A stretch of DNA of 64,000 bases from the NCBI GenBank assembly GCA_003216465.1, contig QCIU01000006.1, positions 4,967 through 68,966 on the forward strand, in the 5' to 3' direction. Position 1 is the stretch's first letter. Each line of letters opens with the position of its first letter. The notes under the pieces are model-generated. The model was not told where the DNA came from, did no database searches, and saw only the letters and a program-made list of their open reading frames with translations. The stretch is from Prochlorococcus sp. AG-402-N10 (GTDB taxonomy: Bacteria > Cyanobacteriota > Cyanobacteriia > PCC-6307 > Cyanobiaceae). Shown here piece after piece: positions 17,853 through 29,374 of the stretch. The translations under genes and the position numbers were made by a program.

Positions 17853-17956
17853 TTTTAAGAAAATTATTAATTAAAAACATAATAAGACATTAAAAGCAAA
17901 CAATTAGAACAAATTCCATATTATGCGTCTAAATTGATCTTAGAAAAAATTTAATC

Positions 17957-18556
17957 TTGATAACTTTTACCAAACCACTTTCAAAATTAATTGGTCATTT
18001 CGAAAAATTCCCAGGAATTGGTCCAAGAACGGCTCAAAGGTTAGCATTGTTTATTTTAAAACAACCTGAAAGTAGTATAAAAGATTTTTCCAAAGCATTA
18101 TTAGAGGCTCATAGCAATGTGGGTCAATGTAAGAAATGCTTTAATTTAACTTCAGAAGAAGAGTGTGAAATATGCAAAAATACTGAAAGAAATAAAAAAA
18201 TAATTTGTGTAGTAGCAGAAACTAAAGACTTATTAGCTTTAGAAAGAGCTAGAGAATATAAGGGTGTCTACCATGTTATTGGAGGGTTAATCTCTCCAAT
18301 GGATTCAATTGGTCCAGAATTATTAGAAATCAGAAGCTTAGTAGAGCGAGTAAGTAAATCAGAGGTTGATGAAATCATATTGGCATTAACACCAAGTGTT
18401 GAAGGAGACACTACAAGCCTTTATATAGGAAAATTATTAACCCCTTTTACTAAAGTAACAAGAATTGCTTATGGACTCCCCATGGGTAGTGAACTTGAAT
18501 ACGTTGATGAAGTTACTTTAGCAAGAGCCTTAGAAGGTAGAACAAATTTAATTTAA
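17957..18556 (+). CDS. recR: recombination protein RecR
   Basis: [14 protein letters not shown] helix-hairpin-helix, C4 zinc finger CKKCFNLT...CEICKN, Toprim region. TTG start. Confidence 0.9.
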   Translation: MITFTKPLSKLIGHFEKFPGIGPRTAQRLALFILKQPESSIKDFSKALLEAHSNVGQCKKCFNLTSEEECEICKNTERNKKIICVVAETKDLLALERAREYKGVYHVIGGLISPMDSIGPELLEIRSLVERVSKSEVDEIILALTPSVEGDTTSLYIGKLLTPFTKVTRIAYGLPMGSELEYVDEVTLARALEGRTNLI

Positions 18557-18558
18557 AA

Positions 18559-19458
18559 ATGAGAAAAAAAAATCAAATTGAAATAGAAAAAAATTTAAGG
18601 CTTCCTTCCTGGATAAAATTTCCTATTAGTAAGGCCTCAGAATTTGAGAAAATTCAAACCCTTATTAAAAAATCAAATATACATACCATTTGTGAAGAGG
18701 GGAGATGTCCAAATAGGGCAGAATGTTATGCTTCAGGAACGGCTACTTTTTTACTAGGCGGTTCAATCTGTTCTCGTGCATGTGCATTCTGTCAGGTAAG
18801 TAAAGGTAAACCTAGTGATATAAATAAATACGAAAGTATTCAAGTCGCTGAAGCAGTAAAAACCCTAAATTTAAAGTATGTAGTTTTAACTTCAGTAGCC
18901 AGAGACGATCTTCCTGATCATGGTGCTAATTTATTTGTTTCTACTATTAATGAGATTAGAAAAATTGATCCAAATATTAAAATAGAAGTTCTTACCCCTG
19001 ATTTATGGGGAGGTGGTAAAAGTTTTGAAGATAAAAATAAACTACAAAAAGAAAGACTTAAAATGATCTTAGACAAAAAACCAATTTGTTTTAATCACAA
19101 TCTTGAGACGGTAGAAAGACTTCAAAAAGAAGTTCGTAGAGGACCCAGTTATAAAAACTCTATAAGCTTACTAGAAAAAGCAAAGTTTATTGCTCCTGAC
19201 ATACAAACAAAATCTGGAATAATGTTGGGTTTAGGAGAAACATTAAAAGAAATAGAAACTACAATACTTGATTTAAAAAAGGTTGATTGTGATCAAATTA
19301 CAATTGGACAATACTTGAGACCTTCATTAAAACATTTAGCTGTTAAGAAATATTGGGAACCAAGAGAATTTGAATATCTAGCAAGATTTTCTGAAAAATT
19401 AGGTTTTAAAAAAGTATCATGTGGCCCTTTAGTTAGAAGTAGTTATCACGCTGGTTGA
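18559..19458 (+). CDS. lipA: lipoyl synthase
   Basis: CEEGRCPNRAEC auxiliary cluster and radical-SAM CSRACAFCQV motifs. Confidence 0.9.
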   Translation: MRKKNQIEIEKNLRLPSWIKFPISKASEFEKIQTLIKKSNIHTICEEGRCPNRAECYASGTATFLLGGSICSRACAFCQVSKGKPSDINKYESIQVAEAVKTLNLKYVVLTSVARDDLPDHGANLFVSTINEIRKIDPNIKIEVLTPDLWGGGKSFEDKNKLQKERLKMILDKKPICFNHNLETVERLQKEVRRGPSYKNSISLLEKAKFIAPDIQTKSGIMLGLGETLKEIETTILDLKKVDCDQITIGQYLRPSLKHLAVKKYWEPREFEYLARFSEKLGFKKVSCGPLVRSSYHAG

Positions 19459-19955
19459 GAACTATCAATCGAAGAAAGTTTTTTTGCAATTTTTTTTAAG
19501 ATTTGAGAACAGTCTCCCTTCATTAGAGTTCCTGCCCCTCCCCAAACTAACCTTAAAAAAAGATCTATTGGACTAGAAGCAACCTCTTTTACGATTTTAA
19601 AACCAATAATTTTAAAATATCTAACGAGTTTTTTGCTATATCCTTCGGTATCGTAAATCGCAAGCAATCTTGCTTTTTTAATGCTTTTCTTTTCGATAGC
19701 CCAAGCCATGGTAGAAGCCCAAATTAATTCCGAAACAAAAGGGGGAGAATTACTAAGTATTATCAATGTATCAAGCTGAATACCCTGATTATTTAAGAAG
19801 GACCAACCTTTCATCTCTCCCCATATTTTTACAATATTATCTTTTTGTTCTGCTATAACAATCTTAAAAAAACATAATCCCAAGGTTTCTCTTACCTGTA
19901 TTTTAATTACCAGACCTAAAGAAAATGCTATATTTTGTAATTCTTCAACTTGCAT
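19446..19955 (-). CDS. hypothetical protein, possibly a GNAT-fold acyltransferase
   Basis: 169-aa ORF. The C-terminal stretch ...GYSKKLVRYFKIIGFKIVKEV resembles the GNAT core. It overlaps the lipA 3' end convergently by 13 nt. Confidence 0.4.
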   Translation of the reverse strand: MQVEELQNIAFSLGLVIKIQVRETLGLCFFKIVIAEQKDNIVKIWGEMKGWSFLNNQGIQLDTLIILSNSPPFVSELIWASTMAWAIEKKSIKKARLLAIYDTEGYSKKLVRYFKIIGFKIVKEVASSPIDLFLRLVWGGAGTLMKGDCSQILKKIAKKLSSIDSSQPA

Positions 19956-19966
19956 ATTTTTTGCAA

Positions 19967-20899
19967 TTAATTCTTAGATATTTTTGATTTTTCTATATTT
20001 AATTTGTTTATCTGTTTTTGTCTTTCTTCAAATCTTTTTCTATCCTCATCCGTGAATTTGTTAATACAAAAATGACATTGTATACCTTCTATGTATTCTT
20101 CTTTCTTTTGATCTGCCAGAGAAATTGGCATTCCGCATGCATGACAAATTGAATAAGATCCTTTTTTTAATTCATGATCTAGAGCGACTCTTTTATCAAA
20201 GACAAAACATTCTCCTTCAAAAAGACTTTCTTCTTTTGAAATATCCTCGAGGTATTTAAGTATTCCACCTTTTAGATGGAATACATTTTTATATCCTTTA
20301 TTTTTTAATAAGGAAGTAGCTTTTTCGCATCTAATACCTCCAGTGCAAAACATCGCTATGTTTTTATCATTTTGATTGCTTAAATAGCTCTCTAAATTAT
20401 TATCTACCCAATCAGGAAACTCGGAAAAGTTTTTAGTATTTGGATTGATTGACTCTTTAAAACTTCCAATAGAAACTTCATAATCATTTCTTGTATCAAT
20501 AACGATAGTATTTCGATCTTTAATTAATTTATTCCAAGTATCTGAATCAATATAAGTTCCTGAATCTTTTATAGGATTTATTTCAGGAACCCCCATAGTT
20601 ACTATTTCATTCTTAATTTTAATTTTTAATTTTTTGAAAACTTTGGTTTTTGAGTAACTAGTTTTAAGGTTTAATTCATTAATACCAACAAATTTTTTTA
20701 TTAAATTAAGAACTTTTTCAATAATGTCTTCTTGAGCACAAATAGTTCCGTTAATCCCTTCTTTTGCTATTATCAATAACCCTGTAAGGTCATTATCATT
20801 CTCGATAATAAATAATTTTTCTTTAATTTCACGAATTAAGTTTTCTTTTAACGAGAAGAAAGAATAGATTGAAAGTATCTTATAAATATTTTGTCTCAT
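19967..20899 (-). CDS. trhO: rhodanese-domain protein of the UPF0176/YceA (TrhO, tRNA U34 hydroxylase) family
   Basis: Rhodanese active-site loop [11 protein letters not shown] and a C-terminal Cys-rich tail (CHACGMP...CHFC). The start overlaps the bioB stop (ATGA). Confidence 0.7.
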   Translation of the reverse strand: MRQNIYKILSIYSFFSLKENLIREIKEKLFIIENDNDLTGLLIIAKEGINGTICAQEDIIEKVLNLIKKFVGINELNLKTSYSKTKVFKKLKIKIKNEIVTMGVPEINPIKDSGTYIDSDTWNKLIKDRNTIVIDTRNDYEVSIGSFKESINPNTKNFSEFPDWVDNNLESYLSNQNDKNIAMFCTGGIRCEKATSLLKNKGYKNVFHLKGGILKYLEDISKEESLFEGECFVFDKRVALDHELKKGSYSICHACGMPISLADQKKEEYIEGIQCHFCINKFTDEDRKRFEERQKQINKLNIEKSKISKN

Positions 20900-21903
20900 A
20901 ATGAAGAAACTTTCTTATTGCAAGATTCAAAATCTTTATTAAAAAGAACACCTACATCTTTAAGTAATTTCCTATCATGTTGAAAAGATGGATTTGATGT
21001 TGTGAGTAATTCATCTCCATAAAAAATTGAGTTTGCGCCGCATTGGAGACATAAAATCTGGGCTTCTTTGGTTAGTTTCTCCCTACCTGCGCTTAACCTT
21101 ATTTTACTTTTAGGCATGAGAATTCTTGCAGTAGCTATCATTCTTATCATCTCCATAGAATCAATTTCTTCATTATCTTCTAATCCTGTACCTTCGATAG
21201 TTACTAATGAATTTATGGGTACACTTTCAGGATGAGGATTCATATTTGATAGAACTTCTAAAAGAGATGCTCTATCTTCTAGATTTTCTCCTAAGCCTAT
21301 TATTCCTCCACAACATACGTTTATTCCTGCATTTCTAACTCTTTTAATAGTGTCTAATCTATCCTGATAAGTTCTTGTAGTAATAATATTTTCATAGTAT
21401 TCGGGACTTGTGTCGAGATTATGGTTGTAAGCTGTTAAACCAGCATTAGCAAGTTGTTGGGCTTGATCATCAGTAAGCATTCCTGCGGTTACACATGCCT
21501 CCATTCCAAGTTCTCTTACACCTTTAACCATTTCTAACATTGAGTTAAAAGGCTTACCCTCTCTAATTTCTCTCCAGGCCCAACCCATGCAAAATCTATC
21601 AGCACCCTCCTCTCTTGCAATTTGAGCTCTTTTTAAAACAGCCTCAACTTCAAATTGGGGATGACTTTTTATTTGGCTAGCACTATATATTGATTGGCTA
21701 CAGTATGAACAATCTTCTTCGCAGCCTCCAGTTTTTACACTATAAAGAGATGCTAATTGAACTTGATATTTATTAAATTTCCTATGTACAATTTGTGATT
21801 CCCACATCAAATCTATAAGGGGCATATTTAATATTTCTAAAATCTCCTCTCTACCCCAATCAAATTTGATTTCGCTAAATTTCTGATTAGGCGACTTAAT
21901 CAT
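20896..21903 (-). CDS. bioB: biotin synthase
   Basis: Radical-SAM [18 protein letters not shown], and the GGIIGLGE region. Confidence 0.9.
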   Translation of the reverse strand: MIKSPNQKFSEIKFDWGREEILEILNMPLIDLMWESQIVHRKFNKYQVQLASLYSVKTGGCEEDCSYCSQSIYSASQIKSHPQFEVEAVLKRAQIAREEGADRFCMGWAWREIREGKPFNSMLEMVKGVRELGMEACVTAGMLTDDQAQQLANAGLTAYNHNLDTSPEYYENIITTRTYQDRLDTIKRVRNAGINVCCGGIIGLGENLEDRASLLEVLSNMNPHPESVPINSLVTIEGTGLEDNEEIDSMEMIRMIATARILMPKSKIRLSAGREKLTKEAQILCLQCGANSIFYGDELLTTSNPSFQHDRKLLKDVGVLFNKDFESCNKKVSSL

Positions 21904-21950
21904 TTTTAGTTATGAAGAAAATATGAATCTTTAAAAGATTCATTTAGTAA

Positions 21951-22715
21951 TTATTCTATACCGCCGAAACGTCTATTCCTAGATTGGTAATCAATTATTG
22001 CTTTAAGAAATTCAAACTCATCAAAATCTGGCCAAAAAACTTCAGATATATATATTTCAGAATAAGCTAATTGCCACAAAAGAAAATTACTTATTCTTTT
22101 TTCTCCACTAGTTCTTATAAGTAATTCAGGATCCTTAATGCCTTGAGTTAATAGTTCTGAATTAAATAATTCTTCATCTACTTCACTAGGTTTTATCTCA
22201 CCTGAAAAAGATTTTAATGCTATCTCTTTAGCTACTTTTACTATTTCTTGCCTACCTCCATAATTTACACAAACGTTTAATGTAAAATTCTTATTGTTTT
22301 GAGTAAGAGCTTCTGAACTATTTAGGATTGATTTTAAAGTCTTAGGAAAAGGAGATAAGTCACCAATGAACTTAATTTTTATTAATTCTTTATGGATCTC
22401 ATCAATTTCTTTTTTTAAAACTTTTTCAAAAAGATTTAAAAGGAAATCAACCTCTTCAGATGGCCTAGACCAATTCTCTGTTGAAAATGCATAAACTGTA
22501 AGAACTTTACAACCTAAGTTCTTAGATACTTTGATAATTTCTTTTAATACACTAACTCCCTTATTGTGCCCAAATGAGCGTGGCAAACCTTTTTTTGTTG
22601 CCCATCTTCCATTCCCATCCATAATTATTGCTATGTGTTCTGGAATTCTTTGCTTATCTATTTCATTAGACAATTTTATATTCATATTGTTTGTTGATAT
22701 GTTTTTCAATCTCAT
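21951..22715 (-). CDS. uppS: undecaprenyl diphosphate synthase (cis-prenyltransferase)
   Basis: HIAIIMDGNGRWA, FSTENWSRP, RTSGEKRISNFLLWQ. Confidence 0.9.
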   Translation of the reverse strand: MRLKNISTNNMNIKLSNEIDKQRIPEHIAIIMDGNGRWATKKGLPRSFGHNKGVSVLKEIIKVSKNLGCKVLTVYAFSTENWSRPSEEVDFLLNLFEKVLKKEIDEIHKELIKIKFIGDLSPFPKTLKSILNSSEALTQNNKNFTLNVCVNYGGRQEIVKVAKEIALKSFSGEIKPSEVDEELFNSELLTQGIKDPELLIRTSGEKRISNFLLWQLAYSEIYISEVFWPDFDEFEFLKAIIDYQSRNRRFGGIE

Positions 22716-22718
22716 AAG

Positions 22719-23618
22719 TTAATCTTGCAAAGTATTTTGACTTTCTGATTTGTTGGAATTATTTTCAACTGCAATATTATCATTTCTATTTATATTTTGG
22801 GACGACGTGGGTTTGTTTGCAGATGATTTTGGTGTTCCTAATGAATTTTGATTACCTACCAATTTTATGAGAAGCTCCTGCAATCGGCTACTTGTAATAG
22901 GCCTCTCAAGTTTCCCTTGATTAGATAAAGATAGAGTACCTGTTTCTTCTGAAACAACAATACAAATGCATCTATCGAATCTTTCGGTAATTCCCAATGC
23001 AGCAAGATGTCTTGTCCCGTATCTACTAATACCTTGTCTTGATAGAGGTAGTATTACTCCTGCAGAAATTATTTTATTCCCCTTTACTAAAACTGCTCCA
23101 TCATGCAAGGGGGTATCTGTTGCAAACAAATTTATTAGAAGATCTGTAGATAATTGTGCTTCAATATTTATACCTGAATATAAAAAATCTTCTGGTCTTA
23201 AATCGCTTCCTAAATCTACTACTATTAGAGCTCCTTTTCTATTTTGTGATAGCTTTCCTGCGGCATCAACTAATTGATTAACTGTTGTAGATGTGGCTCT
23301 AAATTCTTTAGGGGGATTGCCCAGCAATACAGCTAATCTTCCAGTACCTAATAATTCCATTAATCGTCTGAGTTCTCCCTGCCATAAAATGGCTAAAGAT
23401 AAAGAACAAACAAGTACTACGGCATCTATTAATTTTGAAGTTAGAGGAAGATATGCATATCTTTGAATAAACCAAGCAGAAGAAACTAAAAATAAATATC
23501 CTCTTAATAGCCATAGTGTTCTTTGTTCTTTAACTCTCGAAAATAATAAAAGTCCAAATCCAATAGCAAATAGTACATCTAATAAAAGCTTTAAGTTTAT
23601 AAACCCCCAAAAATTCAC
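22719..23618 (-). CDS. cdaA: membrane-anchored diadenylate cyclase (CdaA/DacA type)
   Basis: Three N-terminal hydrophobic helices. DAC domain with HDGAVLV and GTRHLAALG (RHR-type) motifs, then VVSEETGTLSL. Low-complexity N/S-rich tail. Confidence 0.85.
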   Translation of the reverse strand: MNFWGFINLKLLLDVLFAIGFGLLLFSRVKEQRTLWLLRGYLFLVSSAWFIQRYAYLPLTSKLIDAVVLVCSLSLAILWQGELRRLMELLGTGRLAVLLGNPPKEFRATSTTVNQLVDAAGKLSQNRKGALIVVDLGSDLRPEDFLYSGINIEAQLSTDLLINLFATDTPLHDGAVLVKGNKIISAGVILPLSRQGISRYGTRHLAALGITERFDRCICIVVSEETGTLSLSNQGKLERPITSSRLQELLIKLVGNQNSLGTPKSSANKPTSSQNINRNDNIAVENNSNKSESQNTLQD

Positions 23619-23646
23619 ATTAAAATTTAAATTATTCTAAATGTAC

Positions 23647-25020
23647 CTAACTTTGCTTCATAAAGCGATCAGGTAAGACATCATATTTTAGAAGATCATG
23701 TGGACTTTCTCTTCTTTGGATTATCTCTGCTTCTCCATCACATACTAAAATAGCAGCAGGTTTAGGAATCCTATTATAATTTGAACTCATGGAATTATTA
23801 TATGCACCAGTGCCAAAAACACATATCAAATCTCCTGTTTTGCAATTACCAAGTTCAAGTTCCTTAAACAATACATCTCCAGATTCACAATGCTTTCCTG
23901 CAACTGTATATTTGTTTTTTGAATTAGAATTTAGAGGATCTTTTACTAAACATGCAGAATAATTTGATTGATATGTGATTGGCCTTGGATTATCACTCAT
24001 GCCGCCATCTACAGATAAGTATGTCCTTATACCTGGAATTTCTTTAAATGAACCTATTTTATATATAGTTACTCCAGCTGTTGATACTATAGATCTTCCT
24101 GGTTCACACATCAGAATAGGTAAATCTAATTTATTTTTTTTACAAGCTTTTACAACAGATAATGACACTGTTCTGATCCATTCATCAATGGAAGGGGGAT
24201 CATCTTCTTCAGTATATTTAATTCCTAGGCCACCTCCTACGTTTAGCTCTTTTATGTTATGACCAAACTTTTTGGCTTGCGATATAACGTCCACCATTAT
24301 TTGTCCAAGATCATTATGCGGATCTAGTTCAAAAATTTGAGAACCTATGTGTGCATGCAATCCTATAAGTTTAATATGTTTAGTTGTATTTATAACTTCA
24401 AAAATTTTACTTAAAGATTCAATTCCAAATCCGAATTTACTATCAAAAGAGCCTGTTCTGATGTATTCATGAGTATGGCATTCTATCCCGGGAGTAAATC
24501 TAATCATTATTTCTATATCGTAATTAAAATAATCAGATATCTCTTTCAATCTTTTAAGGTCATGGTTATTATCAACAATTACTTTAATATTATTTTTTAT
24601 TGCAAATTCAATTTCCTTATCAGATTTATTATTTCCATGAAAAACAATTTTATTATTTGGAACTCCACCTTTAAGAGCTGTTAATAATTCTCCCTCTGAA
24701 ACTGCATCGAGTCCAAATCCCTCGGATGCAATTAAATTACTCATAAATATAGAACTATTTGCCTTTGATGCATATATTGCAAGAGATTTGCCTGGATAAT
24801 ATTTTTCTAATGCTTTTCTATAAGCCCTACAAGAATTTCTTAAAGTAATTTCATCTAATATATATAGAGGCGAGTCGTATTTTCTTACTAAATCTTCAAT
24901 GGAACAACCTCCGATTGATAACTGATTGGTACTGTCAATAGCAGTAGTAATAGGAACTATATTTTTATTAGGACTATTAGTATCAATTTTATTTTTTAAG
25001 AATGCGGTTTTATCTTTCAT
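23647..25020 (-). CDS. lysA: diaminopimelate decarboxylase
   Basis: YASKANS PLP-lysine motif, GGGLGI, CESGD, GAYNNSMSSNYN. Confidence 0.9.
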   Translation of the reverse strand: MKDKTAFLKNKIDTNSPNKNIVPITTAIDSTNQLSIGGCSIEDLVRKYDSPLYILDEITLRNSCRAYRKALEKYYPGKSLAIYASKANSSIFMSNLIASEGFGLDAVSEGELLTALKGGVPNNKIVFHGNNKSDKEIEFAIKNNIKVIVDNNHDLKRLKEISDYFNYDIEIMIRFTPGIECHTHEYIRTGSFDSKFGFGIESLSKIFEVINTTKHIKLIGLHAHIGSQIFELDPHNDLGQIMVDVISQAKKFGHNIKELNVGGGLGIKYTEEDDPPSIDEWIRTVSLSVVKACKKNKLDLPILMCEPGRSIVSTAGVTIYKIGSFKEIPGIRTYLSVDGGMSDNPRPITYQSNYSACLVKDPLNSNSKNKYTVAGKHCESGDVLFKELELGNCKTGDLICVFGTGAYNNSMSSNYNRIPKPAAILVCDGEAEIIQRRESPHDLLKYDVLPDRFMKQS

Positions 25021-25112
25021 AGGAAAACTTTTCTTAGAGTTTATTCTACAACTTTTAAAACATTTATAATGAAAAAATCTTAAAACAATTCTTGAAAAAA
25101 ATAATTAATTAA

Positions 25113-25550
25113 ATGTTCTTAATTAAAGAAATAGATCAAAAAGGAGTTGAGATTTGTTTTGAGTTAGATTCAAATACAATTTGTTTATGGAGTAAAACAC
25201 AATGGGAAGGTGAGTTTAAGAAAAATGGAGTAAAAGTTTTTGCAATATTTCTAGAAAATAAAATAATTGGAATTTGTGTAATACAAGTAATAATTGATGA
25301 GGCTCAATTGAATTATTTTTCAATAATGCAGAGGTTCCGTCGAAAAGGATATGGAAGTTTATTAATGTGTTATTTGATTCAAAAATGTGAAGAATTAAAT
25401 TTAAATAAATTATTATTGGAAGTTTCCGAACTTAATTCTGTAGCGGAAAATTTTTACAAACAATTTAACTTTTTGACTGTTGGAAGAAGAAAAAATTATT
25501 ACAAGGATGGTTCTGACGCAGTTTTGAAAGAAAAAAAATTAATAAATTAA
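25113..25550 (+). CDS. rimI: GNAT N-acetyltransferase, RimI-like
   Basis: 145 aa, acetyl-CoA motif QRFRRKGYGSLL, LEVSELNSVAENFYKQFNF. Confidence 0.65.
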   Translation: MFLIKEIDQKGVEICFELDSNTICLWSKTQWEGEFKKNGVKVFAIFLENKIIGICVIQVIIDEAQLNYFSIMQRFRRKGYGSLLMCYLIQKCEELNLNKLLLEVSELNSVAENFYKQFNFLTVGRRKNYYKDGSDAVLKEKKLIN

Positions 25551-25732
25551 TTATTAAATATTTTTTTGTGCGGATAACCAGAATTCATGAAATTACTTTA
25601 ATAATCAGCTATATCATCAATAAATTAAATTTAATTTGTACAATATGTACTTTTGGGTATTCACAAAAGCTCATTCTGAACACAAAATTGTCTTAATACT
25701 GGTAGGTTATTAACATGAATCAAAAACCTTAA

Positions 25733-28261
25733 ATGTTTGAAAGATTTACAGAAAAAGCCATTAAAGTCATTATGCTTGCACAAGAAGAAGCTAGAAGACT
25801 TGGTCATAATTTTGTTGGAACAGAACAAATTTTATTAGGCTTAATAGGTGAAGGAACAGGCGTTGCGGCTAAGGTACTTAAATCATTAGGAGTAAATCTA
25901 AAAGATTCAAGAATTGAGGTTGAGAAGATTATAGGAAGAGGATCAGGTTTTGTAGCAGTAGAAATCCCTTTTACTCCCAGAGCAAAAAGAGTTTTGGAAT
26001 TATCGTTAGAAGAAGCTCGTCAATTGGGACATAATTATATTGGTACCGAACATTTGTTGTTAGGCTTAATAAGAGAAGGTGAAGGAGTTGCGGCACGAGT
26101 TTTAGAAAACCTTGGTATTGATTTAACAAAAGTAAGAACCCAAGTTATTAGAATGCTGGGAGAGACTGCAGAAGTTGGGACAGGTGGTAATTCAAGTAAG
26201 AGTAATTTAAAAACAGCTACCCTTGACGAATTTGGTACAAATCTAACTAAGCTTGCAAGCGAGGCAAAACTTGATCCAGTAGTTGGACGTCATGCAGAGA
26301 TAGACAGAGTTGTTCAAATCTTGGGAAGAAGGACTAAAAATAATCCTGTACTTATTGGTGAGCCTGGTGTAGGTAAAACAGCTATAGCAGAAGGATTGGC
26401 ACAAAGAATTCAGCTAGGAGAAATACCTGACATTTTAGAAGACAAGAGAGTTTTAACTCTAGATATTGGATTACTTGTCGCAGGGACTAAATATAGAGGC
26501 GAATTTGAGGAGAGATTAAAAAAAATAATGGAAGAAATTAAATCAGCTGGAAATGTTATTCTAGTTATTGATGAAGTCCATACCTTAATAGGTGCAGGTG
26601 CTGCAGAAGGTGCAATTGATGCTGCGAATATATTAAAGCCAGCCTTGGCTAGAGGAGAGCTTCAATGTATAGGCGCTACAACTCTTGATGAATATAGAAA
26701 ACATATCGAGAGAGATGCTGCTTTAGAAAGAAGATTTCAACCCGTAATGGTAGGAGAACCTTCTATCGAAGATACAATCGAAATTTTGAAAGGCTTAAGG
26801 GAAAGATATGAGCAACATCATCGTCTGAAAATAACAGATGCAGCTTTAGAAGCGGCAGCCCATCTTGGGGATAGATATATATCAGATAGGTTTTTACCTG
26901 ATAAAGCTATAGATCTAATTGATGAAGCTGGAAGCAGGGTAAGGTTAATAAATTCAAAACTTCCACCTGAAGCCAAACAAATTGATAAAGAATTGAGGCA
27001 AGTTCAAAAAGAAAAGGAAGAGTCAGTAAGAGATCAAAATTTTGATCAAGCAGGGCAATTAAGAGAAAAAGAGATTGAATTGTCATCAAAAATTAAAGAA
27101 CTTCTGGAAAATAAAAAGGAATCTACAGATAAAAAACAGTTGGACAATTCTGAAGTAACTTTAAAAGATAACTCTAATATTATTCAAAATCCTCTTGTAA
27201 GCGAAGAAGATGTAGCTCACATAGTTGCTTCATGGACAGGAGTTCCGGTTCAGAAATTAACAGAAACTGAGTCAGTTAAACTTCTTAATATGGAAGAAAC
27301 GTTACATCAAAGATTAATTGGTCAAGATGAGGCTGTAAAAGCTGTATCAAGAGCTATAAGAAGAGCGAGAGTTGGTTTAAAAAATCCAAATAGACCTATC
27401 GCAAGTTTTATTTTCTCAGGACCAACTGGTGTTGGTAAAACTGAATTAACTAAATCTCTAGCTTCATATTTCTTCGGAAGTGAAGATGCCATGATTCGTC
27501 TAGATATGTCTGAATTTATGGAAAGACATACCGTAAGTAAACTAATAGGATCTCCTCCAGGCTATGTAGGTTTTAATGAAGGAGGACAACTTACTGAGGC
27601 TGTAAGAAGAAGACCATATACAGTAGTTTTATTTGATGAAGTCGAGAAAGCTCATCCAGACGTATTCAATTTGTTACTACAACTTCTTGAAGAAGGCAGA
27701 TTAACAGATTCAAAAGGGAGAACAGTTGATTTTAAAAATACATTATTAATAATGACTTCCAATATTGGTTCTAAAGTTATTGAGAAAGGAGGAGGAGGTT
27801 TAGGATTCGAATTCTCAGGGGATTCGGCTGAAGATAGTCAATATAATAGGATTAAGTCTCTTGTAAACGAAGAACTAAAACAATACTTTAGACCAGAATT
27901 TCTTAATAGACTTGATGAAATTATTGTATTTAGACAATTAACCAAGAATGAAGTTAAAGATATTGCTGAAATAATGTTAAAGGAAGTTTTCTCTCGATTA
28001 AGTGATAAAGGTATAAAATTAGAGGTAACTGAAGCTTTTAAAGAAAGACTTGTTGAAGAAGGTTACAATCCTTCTTACGGAGCTAGGCCCCTAAGAAGGG
28101 CTGTTATGAGATTATTAGAAGATAGTTTAGCTGAAGAGGTTTTATCAGGAAGAATAAAAGATGGTGACAAGGCCTTAGTTGATATTGATGAAAATAAGAA
28201 AGTAACGGTTAACATTTCCTCAGAAGAATCTTCTCAAGAGTTGGCAGGCGCTAATTTTTAA
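25733..28261 (+). CDS. clpC: Clp protease ATP-binding chaperone ClpC
   Basis: Duplicated Clp_N repeats, two AAA modules ([18 protein letters not shown]), UVR-like linker ([11 protein letters not shown]). Confidence 0.95.
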   Translation: MFERFTEKAIKVIMLAQEEARRLGHNFVGTEQILLGLIGEGTGVAAKVLKSLGVNLKDSRIEVEKIIGRGSGFVAVEIPFTPRAKRVLELSLEEARQLGHNYIGTEHLLLGLIREGEGVAARVLENLGIDLTKVRTQVIRMLGETAEVGTGGNSSKSNLKTATLDEFGTNLTKLASEAKLDPVVGRHAEIDRVVQILGRRTKNNPVLIGEPGVGKTAIAEGLAQRIQLGEIPDILEDKRVLTLDIGLLVAGTKYRGEFEERLKKIMEEIKSAGNVILVIDEVHTLIGAGAAEGAIDAANILKPALARGELQCIGATTLDEYRKHIERDAALERRFQPVMVGEPSIEDTIEILKGLRERYEQHHRLKITDAALEAAAHLGDRYISDRFLPDKAIDLIDEAGSRVRLINSKLPPEAKQIDKELRQVQKEKEESVRDQNFDQAGQLREKEIELSSKIKELLENKKESTDKKQLDNSEVTLKDNSNIIQNPLVSEEDVAHIVASWTGVPVQKLTETESVKLLNMEETLHQRLIGQDEAVKAVSRAIRRARVGLKNPNRPIASFIFSGPTGVGKTELTKSLASYFFGSEDAMIRLDMSEFMERHTVSKLIGSPPGYVGFNEGGQLTEAVRRRPYTVVLFDEVEKAHPDVFNLLLQLLEEGRLTDSKGRTVDFKNTLLIMTSNIGSKVIEKGGGGLGFEFSGDSAEDSQYNRIKSLVNEELKQYFRPEFLNRLDEIIVFRQLTKNEVKDIAEIMLKEVFSRLSDKGIKLEVTEAFKERLVEEGYNPSYGARPLRRAVMRLLEDSLAEEVLSGRIKDGDKALVDIDENKKVTVNISSEESSQELAGANF

Positions 28262-28268
28262 ATAAATC

Positions 28269-29366
28269 TTGCAAATGCATTTAATATCTCCAGAACAAAT
28301 TTATAGGGGAAAAGATGCCTGGTCAAAATCCATACCACAAATTAAAAAACTCACTAAACGCCCCTTGCTTTTAGGAAAAAGTTTATCGACTAATAACTTA
28401 AGAAATAAAATTTATAAAGACTTACAAAAGCAGAATCTTGATATATTCATATCCAATCTTGAATTTGATTGTTGTTATGAAGATATTGAAAGGATAAAAA
28501 GCATTATACTCAAAAATAATTGCGATTCTATTATTGCCGCAGGTGGAGGTAAAGTTTTAGATGCTGGAAAACTTTTAGCCGATTCTCTCTCAATTCCAGC
28601 TATTACGATTCCTTTAAGCGCGTCTACATGTGCTGGATGGACTGCATTGTCAAATATTTATACAATTAGAGGTCAATTCATTAAGGATACTGAATTGAAA
28701 TCTTGCCCTAAAATACTAATACTTGATCATTCATTTATTAAAACAGCCCCAAAGAGGACACTCTCTAGCGGTATTGCTGATGCACTAGCAAAATGGTATG
28801 AATCCTCTGTGACTAGTTCAAAAGAGGAGGACGGATTAGTGCAACAAGCAATTCAAATATCCAGAGTACTAAGAGATCAATTACTAATTGATGGTGAAAA
28901 TGCTTATAAGAGTCACCCTCATCGAAATATTCCTTGGTGTAATGTTGTTGAGGGCTGCACTCTCACTGCTGGAATAATTGGCGGGATAGGCGGTGAAAAG
29001 TGCAGAACAGCGGCTGCTCATGCTATTCATAATGCGATTACCCAGATAGACTCAACTAAGAAACCTTTGCATGGAGAAATCGTTGGAGTCGGAATTCTCA
29101 TACAATTAAGATTAGAAGAAATGAAAAATAATAATAAGTTAGCTAATCAATCAATAAAGCAACTTTTAGTATTAATGAAAAAATTGAATTTACCAACGAG
29201 TCTTGCTGAATTAGGAATAGATATTTTTGAAAACAATAATTTAAAGAAAATAGCAGAATTTACTTGTCGGGATAAATCTGAGATTCATTTTTTACCTTTT
29301 AAAATTACCCAACAAGATATTATTGAAACCATTACGAATTTTGAAAAACAAGAAATTAAAATATAA
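28269..29366 (+). CDS. iron-containing alcohol / glycerol dehydrogenase family protein
   Basis: GGGKVLDAGK nucleotide motif and His-rich metal site (AAHAIHNA...LHGEIVG). TTG at 28269 or ATG at 28275 could be the start. Confidence 0.7.
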   Translation: MQMHLISPEQIYRGKDAWSKSIPQIKKLTKRPLLLGKSLSTNNLRNKIYKDLQKQNLDIFISNLEFDCCYEDIERIKSIILKNNCDSIIAAGGGKVLDAGKLLADSLSIPAITIPLSASTCAGWTALSNIYTIRGQFIKDTELKSCPKILILDHSFIKTAPKRTLSSGIADALAKWYESSVTSSKEEDGLVQQAIQISRVLRDQLLIDGENAYKSHPHRNIPWCNVVEGCTLTAGIIGGIGGEKCRTAAAHAIHNAITQIDSTKKPLHGEIVGVGILIQLRLEEMKNNNKLANQSIKQLLVLMKKLNLPTSLAELGIDIFENNNLKKIAEFTCRDKSEIHFLPFKITQQDIIETITNFEKQEIKI

Positions 29367-29374
29367 TAGATATT

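Noticed and set aside
22531-24684. Track ORFs 22531-22722(+), 22966-23277(+), 23308-23514(-), 23975-24262(+) and 24469-24684(+) within uppS, cdaA and lysA
   Set aside because: All are nested in, or out of frame with, enzymes that carry clear catalytic motifs. None has a recognisable domain.
25638-25650. GTACAATATGTAC upstream of clpC as a possible NtcA (GTA-N8-TAC) or cyanobacterial LexA (RGTAC-N3-DGTWCB) site
   Set aside because: The spacing is wrong for both. It is GTA-N7-TAC, and GTAC-N5-GTAC instead of N4. No suitably placed -10 box follows, and clpC is not an expected target of either regulator.
25716-25735. Five-codon uORF (MNQKP*) ending immediately before the clpC ATG
   Set aside because: It is too short, it lies in AT-rich DNA where such mini-ORFs arise by chance, and I can see no supporting SD or conservation evidence.
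26907-27089. 60-aa minus-strand ORF inside clpC
   Set aside because: Antisense shadow of the ClpC linker region.
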